Shown here: one piece after another, positions 32,875-38,174 of the stretch
How positions within the stretch are numbered: position 1 is the first letter of the stretch
How the letters are laid out: every line of letters starts with the position of its first letter
Origin: an uncultured Saprospiraceae bacterium
GTDB taxonomy: Bacteria; Bacteroidota; Bacteroidia; Chitinophagales; Saprospiraceae
Assembly (NCBI GenBank): GCA_937930625.1
Contig: CALHBW010000097.1
Location: forward strand, 1-38,174
Length of the DNA stretch: 38,174 nt
Reading direction: 5' to 3'
Translations under genes and position numbers: made by a program
The notes under the pieces: generated by a model
Seen by the model: only the letters and a program-made list of their open reading frames with translations
What the model was told of the DNA's origin: nothing
Databases searched by the model: none

Positions 32875-34411
32875 GTAGTTCTTTCTTCAAAATTTTCCCT
32901 GTTGCACTCATTGGCAGTGCATCCAGAAACTCAATTTTACGCGGATATTTGTAGGCGGCAATACGTTCTTTTGTCCATGCCATCAGGTCGGTTTCGGAGA
33001 GCGAAGCCCCTTCATTGAGCACTACGCAGGCTTGTATTTCTTCGCCAAATTGCTCGTCGGGAATACCGATAACTGCCACCAATGAAACCGCTTCGTGTTT
33101 CATAATCACCTCTTCCACTTCACGCGGATAGACATTCAAGCCACCGCGAATAATCATATCTTTGGTACGGTCAACGATATAGAAAAAGCCGTCTTCGTCT
33201 TTGATAGCGACATCGCCGGAGTGCAGCCAGCCATTTCTGATAGTTTTCGCATTGGCTTCGGGTTTTTTGTAGTAACCTTTGGTGACGTTGTGACCGCGAT
33301 AGATGAGTTCGCCTTTTTCGCCGACGGGCATTTCGTTGCCTTCTTCGTCCACGATTTTAACCTCGACACCCCATACGGGTGTGCCTACGCTACCCGGCTT
33401 GCGCCCGGTGTCCAAATGATTGAAGGTAACCACAGGCGAACCTTCCGACATGCCGTAACCTTCGAGTATTTTTGCATTAAATTTTTTCTCAAAATTTTCC
33501 AATACATTCACGGGTAAAGATGCGCCACCAGATGCACACATTTTCAGATTGGCAGCAATAGCTTCGAGGTCAAAATTGCTGGTATCGGCATTGAGTAAGC
33601 CCCAATACATGGTCGGTACTCCTGCGAAAATAGAGACTTTATGTTTCTGCATCAATCCCAAGACCGCCTGCCCATCAAATCGCGGTAATAATACATTTTT
33701 AGTGCCTTTATAAATACCCGCATTCATCAAAACGACCATCGCAAAAATATGGAATAAGGGCAACACGATGAGTTGTACATCGTCGGCGGTGCAGTCGGTG
33801 ATTCCGGTGCAAAGGATGGTGTTCAACAAGATGTTGGAGTGGGTGAGTTCCGCGCCTTTTGGACGCCCCGTAGTGCCTGATGTATAAATGATGACGGCTG
33901 TATCTTCCGCGCCTGTTTGTGCAGTTTCGGTGGTGGCGGGCTGCCCGTTCATCAGCATACCAAGCGTCTTGGTGCCGGCTATCGGCGAGGGGTCGGTGGG
34001 CTTGGCGGTAATCATAAAGAAGTGTTCGCAAGCATCCACGCGCTCAAATCCTGCGTGACCTTCTGCGCCCATCGGCAGTTCATTCGTCCCTTCAAAACAA
34101 AAATAGGCTTTGGCATCAGAGTCCTTCAGGTGGTACTCCACTTCGTCGCGTTTGAGCAAGACACTCAAAGGCACGACCACCGCCCCGGCTTTCAAAATCC
34201 CAAAATAAACCATCGGAAAGTAAGGCAGATTGAGACAACTCAAGCCCACTTTATCGCCTTGCTTGATTCCTGCGGCGCGTAATCCGTTGGCAATTTGATT
34301 GGCTGCACCATTGATTTGGGCGTAACTGACGTGGGTGTCCATAAAGACAAAAGCATCTTTGGTCGGGTATTTTCTTGCGCTGTCTTCGAGTATAACGGAT
34401 AGATTTAGCAT
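32864..34411 (-). CDS. AMP-dependent acyl-CoA synthetase (long-chain fatty acid-CoA ligase-like)
   Basis: 515 aa, AMP-binding motif IIYTSGTTGRPKGAELTH and ..GWLHSGD... Confidence 0.9.
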   Translation of the reverse strand: MLNLSVILEDSARKYPTKDAFVFMDTHVSYAQINGAANQIANGLRAAGIKQGDKVGLSCLNLPYFPMVYFGILKAGAVVVPLSVLLKRDEVEYHLKDSDAKAYFCFEGTNELPMGAEGHAGFERVDACEHFFMITAKPTDPSPIAGTKTLGMLMNGQPATTETAQTGAEDTAVIIYTSGTTGRPKGAELTHSNILLNTILCTGITDCTADDVQLIVLPLFHIFAMVVLMNAGIYKGTKNVLLPRFDGQAVLGLMQKHKVSIFAGVPTMYWGLLNADTSNFDLEAIAANLKMCASGGASLPVNVLENFEKKFNAKILEGYGMSEGSPVVTFNHLDTGRKPGSVGTPVWGVEVKIVDEEGNEMPVGEKGELIYRGHNVTKGYYKKPEANAKTIRNGWLHSGDVAIKDEDGFFYIVDRTKDMIIRGGLNVYPREVEEVIMKHEAVSLVAVIGIPDEQFGEEIQACVVLNEGASLSETDLMAWTKERIAAYKYPRKIEFLDALPMSATGKILKKELRVK

Positions 34412-34416
34412 AGCTT

Positions 34417-34490
34417 GGAATGAGTGAATGATTTTTTAATGCTACAATGCGATAATGATGCAATGCTACAATAATTTACTTATTTATTTT
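34417..34490. repeat. Short word element (GAATGAGT; AATGCTACAAT x2)
   Basis: ggaatgagtgaatga..aatgctacaatgcgataatgatgcaatgctacaataatttacttatttat. CAATGCTACAAT recurs at 36584. Confidence 0.6.
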
Positions 34491-34533
34491 TGCTAAATTA
34501 CGTTATTCCAAATATAATTTTTAATTTTTTGTG

Positions 34534-34573
34534 AAATAAAAAACGCACGAACAGGGGTTCCCATTCGTGCGTT
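34534..34573 (-). terminator. Rho-independent terminator (bidirectional in form)
   Basis: Perfect 10-bp stem aacgcacgaa/ttcgtgcgtt with a 12-nt loop. The minus strand continues TTTTTTATTT and the plus strand continues GTTATTTTT. Lies 29 nt after the stop of the 34602 gene. Confidence 0.75.
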
Positions 34574-34601
34574 GTTATTTTTCTATCTGAATCAATTAAA
34601 A

Positions 34602-35486
34602 TTAGAACTTCCCGTTCTGGTTTTTCCACTCAGATTTTGCCGGAATATTCTGTATCACATCCCAATGCTCGACGATTTTTCCACCTTCGATTCTAAATAA
34701 ATCGTAGTACGCTACGTGGTCGCCTTTGCCGAATTTCCCTTCGCTTGCAGTGAGTACAAAGTTACCTTCGCCTAATACTTTGTGCACTTTGTCATATTCC
34801 ATGACCAAGCCATTCTCTGCAAAATATTTCAATGCAGCACCCAATCCATCCAATCCATCAGCAACTGCCGAATTGTGTTGGTGGTAAGTTTCTGTGCTAA
34901 CGTAATCGGTGATTTTATCCGGTGCGCCACCCATTAGGATGTCATTTACGAATCCTTTGACCAATTCCTTATTAGCGGTAGTTTTGTCGGTATCGGTGAT
35001 GTCGGTGGCTCCGTCGAGTTGTGTTCTTCCACTTGGGTTTGGCGGTGTAATGTCGGCAAGGTTGTCCCAATGTTCTACGATAAGCCCGTTTTCAAAACGG
35101 AAGATATCAAAACCCGCTTTTGGTCCAAAAAAGTCGTACTCGGTATGTGTAAACACGAAATCGCCATCCTCAAATGCTCTGATGACTTTGGCTTTGAAAC
35201 CACCTTCGGGTGCATTGGCAAGGACTGCACCAAATCCTTCCAAACCATCACCGACCGCCAAATTGTGTTGAGTGTATTTTTCCGCATTGATGTAAGCTAC
35301 GGGTTCTTTCGCGCCTGTTTGGAGACTTTCAAGAAGCGCAACGGCTTTTTGTTTGTTTGTTAATCCCATTTTTTTCTCTGTTTTAGTTTGTGAATTATCA
35401 GATTGTGAATTTGTTTTGTTTGTACCGCAACTGCTGAATAATACAATGACGGTTAGGAGTAAGCTGAATAGTGTGACTGATTTCAT
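34602..35486 (-). CDS. Lipoprotein with two SnoaL/NTF2-like domains
   Basis: 294 aa. Signal MKSVTLFSLLLTVIVLFSSC. Two similar halves, each ending ..F(R)..G(L/K)IVEHWD. Confidence 0.7.
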   Translation of the reverse strand: MKSVTLFSLLLTVIVLFSSCGTNKTNSQSDNSQTKTEKKMGLTNKQKAVALLESLQTGAKEPVAYINAEKYTQHNLAVGDGLEGFGAVLANAPEGGFKAKVIRAFEDGDFVFTHTEYDFFGPKAGFDIFRFENGLIVEHWDNLADITPPNPSGRTQLDGATDITDTDKTTANKELVKGFVNDILMGGAPDKITDYVSTETYHQHNSAVADGLDGLGAALKYFAENGLVMEYDKVHKVLGEGNFVLTASEGKFGKGDHVAYYDLFRIEGGKIVEHWDVIQNIPAKSEWKNQNGKF

Positions 35487-35593
35487 CTTTGTAGTAATTT
35501 ATTGCTAAAATTGATACTGCAAAGATGAAGGTATTTTTAATTTGAATAGATATAATAAAAAGCCGGATGACTGTAAAAATGGGAAAATCTAAA

Positions 35594-35716
35594 AAATGAG
35601 CAAATGAATATATGAGTAAATTTTTGAATGTAACAATGATTCAATGTGATAATATTTTTATCTAATTTTTGAGGTAAAACATTTACTCATTTTATCATTT
35701 ACTCATCTACTCATTT
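35594..35716. repeat. Word-palindrome, AAATGAGT words; right arm overlaps the AraC stop codon
   Basis: aaatgagcaaatgaatatatgagtaaat versus catttactcattttatcatttactcatctactcattt. Confidence 0.8.
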
Positions 35717-36581
35717 CAAGCCTAAATCGTTCGGGTGTGGTATGTGTTTGGCGTTTGAAATATTTATAGAAATTGGTGGTTTCTTCAAAACCGGAAGCAA
35801 ATGCAATTTCTTTGATGGAAAGTTTGGTATTAATGAGCTGTCTTTTGATTTGTTTGGTGCAGATTTCGTCCACAAATTCTTTCGCAGTTTTGTGAGTGAT
35901 GGTTTTGGAAATATTGTTAAGAGTTTTGGTGCTCACACCCATCATTTTAGCATAGTCTTGCACTCGTGTGGTTTCCCTTACATTATGTTCCACTAATTTT
36001 TGGAACTCAATGAATTCACCCAAATATTTTTTGTCGAAGATAATTTGCTTTCTTTTTGATTTTATCCTGTATAATTTGGTGATTAATATGTGCAATTCGC
36101 TCCTGATAATTTCCAGAGAATATTTATCATTTGTACTAAAATATTCGTTTTGCATTCGATTGATGAGGTCAGCAATTTCTTCCATTTCGGTGGTCGATAA
36201 TTGAATTTTGGGAGTACCTAATAATTCATTGAATATCTGCAACGACTTAAAGGCTTCTAATTGTTCGAGATAGCTCACCAGAAAGTCATCTGTAAACAAT
36301 AGCATACTTCCGGTCAAATTACCTCTGAAAAATTTTTGAAGCTGGTCTTTTCTTACGGTTAAAATTGTTCCTGCCTCACAAGCATAATCCCTGAAATCAA
36401 CGGTATGATAGCCTTCTCCGGTTTCAATAAAAATAATAATATAAAATTCCACAACATGTAGCTCGTCAGGCGAATGGTCAGTACCTACTATATCAAATAA
36501 TTCCTCTATCCGCACTAAGTCAAATTCAGCATTCGGATTTTGCTGATTATTAAACTTTATATGTACGGTATTTTCTTTCAT
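35703..36581 (-). CDS. AraC family transcriptional regulator
   Basis: 292 aa. C-terminal double HTH ..MMGVSTKTLNNISK...IKEIAFASGFEETTNFYKYFKRQTHTTPERFR. Confidence 0.88.
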   Translation of the reverse strand: MKENTVHIKFNNQQNPNAEFDLVRIEELFDIVGTDHSPDELHVVEFYIIIFIETGEGYHTVDFRDYACEAGTILTVRKDQLQKFFRGNLTGSMLLFTDDFLVSYLEQLEAFKSLQIFNELLGTPKIQLSTTEMEEIADLINRMQNEYFSTNDKYSLEIIRSELHILITKLYRIKSKRKQIIFDKKYLGEFIEFQKLVEHNVRETTRVQDYAKMMGVSTKTLNNISKTITHKTAKEFVDEICTKQIKRQLINTKLSIKEIAFASGFEETTNFYKYFKRQTHTTPERFRLEMSR

Positions 36582-36609
36582 TTCAATGCTACAATATTAC
36601 AATGTAAAT

Positions 36610-36660
36610 CACGCAGAGAACGCAGAGATTTGATAATGAACCCTCTGCGAACTCTGCGTG
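36610..36660. repeat. Hairpin of CGCAGAG words (between the anti-sigma gene and the AraC gene)
   Basis: cacgcagagaacgcagag, 15 nt, then ctctgcgaactctgcgtg (16/18 complementary). Possible terminator of the sigma/anti-sigma operon. Confidence 0.75.
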
Positions 36661-36704
36661 AAAAAGTGCTAACTACTTTTACGGCAAATCTAAACATGCC
36701 TAAA

Positions 36705-36723
36705 ATTTACTCATCTACTCATT
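36705..36723. repeat. 19-nt exact copy of ATTTACTCATCTACTCATT overlapping a stop codon
   Basis: Identical to 35697-35715. In both copies a tca within the shared 19-mer (different positions in the two copies) is the minus-strand TGA stop of a gene. Confidence 0.85.
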
Positions 36724-37411
36724 CGTATTTTTTAAGAATGTTTTGAGTCGTTTCGCAAAGCGTTTCATCGTTTCCTTCGGGGCAGATTCTTTCAAGGGTT
36801 TTTCGAGCCTCCGTTTTTTTGTCGAGTCGATGTAGGGCGTCGGCTTTGAGGAATAAGGCAGTGGGGCGGTCTTCGGGATTTTCTTTGATGATTTGGTCAA
36901 ATGATGTGATGGCGGCTTGGTAATTTTCTTGTTGAAATAATTGAATGGCTTCACCGAGCGGAGTGGGTTGCGGTACAGGAACGCCCTTGCTACCTCCTAC
37001 GTAAAGTTCGATAAGTTTGGTGCCTGTATCTGCGAGCGGATTGTTTTCTTTTTGAGTGAAAGGAAATAGAAAATATAACAGTAATAAAGGTATTAATACT
37101 GCCGCTATTCGCATTGCCCAGAGCCTTATCTGACGGTTATCTTTTTCTTCTTTATTTCTAATGACTTCCATTTGGGGTTTGGGAGTTTCTTTTTCTTCTG
37201 CTGCTATTTCATTTTCAACCTCCGCTATACGCGATTTAAATTCCTGAAGACGAGCATCTTCGCTATGTTGCACACCTGCTATGGCGAGTTGGTGTAGCTT
37301 CACTTCGTTGGCAAGATCGGGGTCGTTTTTGACTTGTTGTTCAAAGGCGGCGGCTTCTTCGGGAGCCATTTCGCCGTCCAAGTATTTATCTATGATTTCT
37401 GTGTATTTCAT
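36719..37411 (-). CDS. Anti-sigma-factor-like membrane protein with TPR-like C-terminal region
   Basis: 230 aa. N-terminus MKYTEIIDKYLDGEMAPEEAAAFEQQVKNDP, one TM (IRLWAMRIAAVLIPLLLLYFLF). Starts 3 nt after the sigma gene stop. Confidence 0.65.
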   Translation of the reverse strand: MKYTEIIDKYLDGEMAPEEAAAFEQQVKNDPDLANEVKLHQLAIAGVQHSEDARLQEFKSRIAEVENEIAAEEKETPKPQMEVIRNKEEKDNRQIRLWAMRIAAVLIPLLLLYFLFPFTQKENNPLADTGTKLIELYVGGSKGVPVPQPTPLGEAIQLFQQENYQAAITSFDQIIKENPEDRPTALFLKADALHRLDKKTEARKTLERICPEGNDETLCETTQNILKKYE

Positions 37412-37413
37412 GA

Positions 37414-38001
37414 TTAATTTGTTAGTAGTCCTTTGAGATAATATTCTAATTTCGGGTCTTCTTTAATGAGGTTTTTGAGTTCGTTCATACATTTGGAACT
37501 GTTGTTTCTGACGGTGCCGAGTTTCAGACCTATTGCTTCGGCAATCTCCTCCAGTTTCATTCCTTCCACATAACGCATCAGAATGATTTCTTGACACATC
37601 TGTTTAAGTTTGGCTTGAAAAAGCCGACCGACATTTTCTAATATTTCTTCATCAAACACCTTCATCGTTGTTGAAAATTTGCTTTCATGTCCAGGTGTTA
37701 TTCCATCTAATTTTTTTCGTCTAATCTCATTCAAAATCTTTCTATCTATCAAGGTGTAGAGAAATGCCTCAAGTGATCCTTTGTTTTTGTATTCAAACTT
37801 GCCCGCCTTGATTTTTTCAAACAAGGTCGTTATTCCATAAATGAAAACGCTGTGCTTATCCTCATCATTAAAATAAGCCGGAATACGCTTACTATGCTTT
37901 CGCATCAAGTAGGCTTCATCCTTAATGAGCCATTTCACTCCTTCGTTTTCCTCCTTCCGGTTGCCGGAACTGAGCAGGTCGTAGATTTTCTTGTCGTCCA
38001 T
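37414..38001 (-). CDS. RNA polymerase sigma-70 family (ECF-like) factor
   Basis: 195 aa. Region-4 HTH ..ILMRYVEGMKLEEIAEAIGLKLGTVRNNSSKCMNELK. Confidence 0.75.
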   Translation of the reverse strand: MDDKKIYDLLSSGNRKEENEGVKWLIKDEAYLMRKHSKRIPAYFNDEDKHSVFIYGITTLFEKIKAGKFEYKNKGSLEAFLYTLIDRKILNEIRRKKLDGITPGHESKFSTTMKVFDEEILENVGRLFQAKLKQMCQEIILMRYVEGMKLEEIAEAIGLKLGTVRNNSSKCMNELKNLIKEDPKLEYYLKGLLTN

Positions 38002-38106
38002 AATTCGTGGTGTGTTATTATATGTCTTTGCAGGGCTTTTGGGTCATCGAATATACATGTTTTTTTTGAATAGACATATTCAGAAATAACTTTTACTAAT
38101 GTTTTC

Positions 38107-38174
38107 CTCCCCCCAACCCCCTCCAAAGGGGGAGACTTTCGCGGATATATGTCCCCCTTTGGAGGGGGTTGGGG
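38107..38174. repeat. Second copy of the GC-rich palindromic element (truncated by the window end)
   Basis: ccccccaaccccctccaaagggggaga has 1 mismatch to 28213-28239. The right arm tccccctttggagggggttgggg runs off the window. Confidence 0.85.

Overview
Bacteroidota-type ribosomal-protein supercluster (str, S10, spc and part of the alpha operon) on the minus strand from rpsL (22195) to rpsD (58). There is no tuf between fusA and rpsJ and no adk after secY. TAnnTTTG-type promoter boxes are present. Downstream (22.7-38.2 kb) lie fabI, a DUF5009-like membrane acyltransferase, two unrecognised small ORFs, a GNAT, hisIE, an ArnT/PMT-like glycosyltransferase, hutH, recN, an acyl-CoA synthetase, a SnoaL-like lipoprotein, an AraC regulator and a sigma/anti-sigma pair. 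No rRNA, tRNA or CRISPR array was seen. The main anomaly is non-coding. By my reading, 25 of the 30 intergenic gaps in the normally compact r-protein cluster, and many gaps elsewhere, hold a 50-300 bp imperfect palindrome. Its two arms are tandem arrays of short words (6-16 nt, e.g. AGTTTA, GTTTATTGAG, GAATGAGT, TGGTTTCA, GTCCATA, GAGTTGTT, GGGTTAC, CGAATAA). Many have a small conserved central hairpin (TTTGC-NNN-GCAAA). The elements fall into several sequence families that share one architecture, and some supply start or stop codons. Other items worth a second look:
- A GC-rich 27-bp perfect inverted repeat sits in frame inside the glycosyltransferase, with a second copy at the window end.
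- A 32-bp perfect inverted repeat flanks 101 bp upstream of fabI.
- A 1.7-kb insertion (DUF433/DUF5615 toxin-antitoxin pair, lipoprotein, degraded small ORF) splits fusA from rpsJ, with a terminator on the fusA side and a promoter on the rpsJ side.
- S5 and S3 carry RGG-rich tails.
- An unannotatable two-gene cassette lies at 25.1-26.0 kb.
All calls come from reading the sequence and the ORF track. No database search was run.
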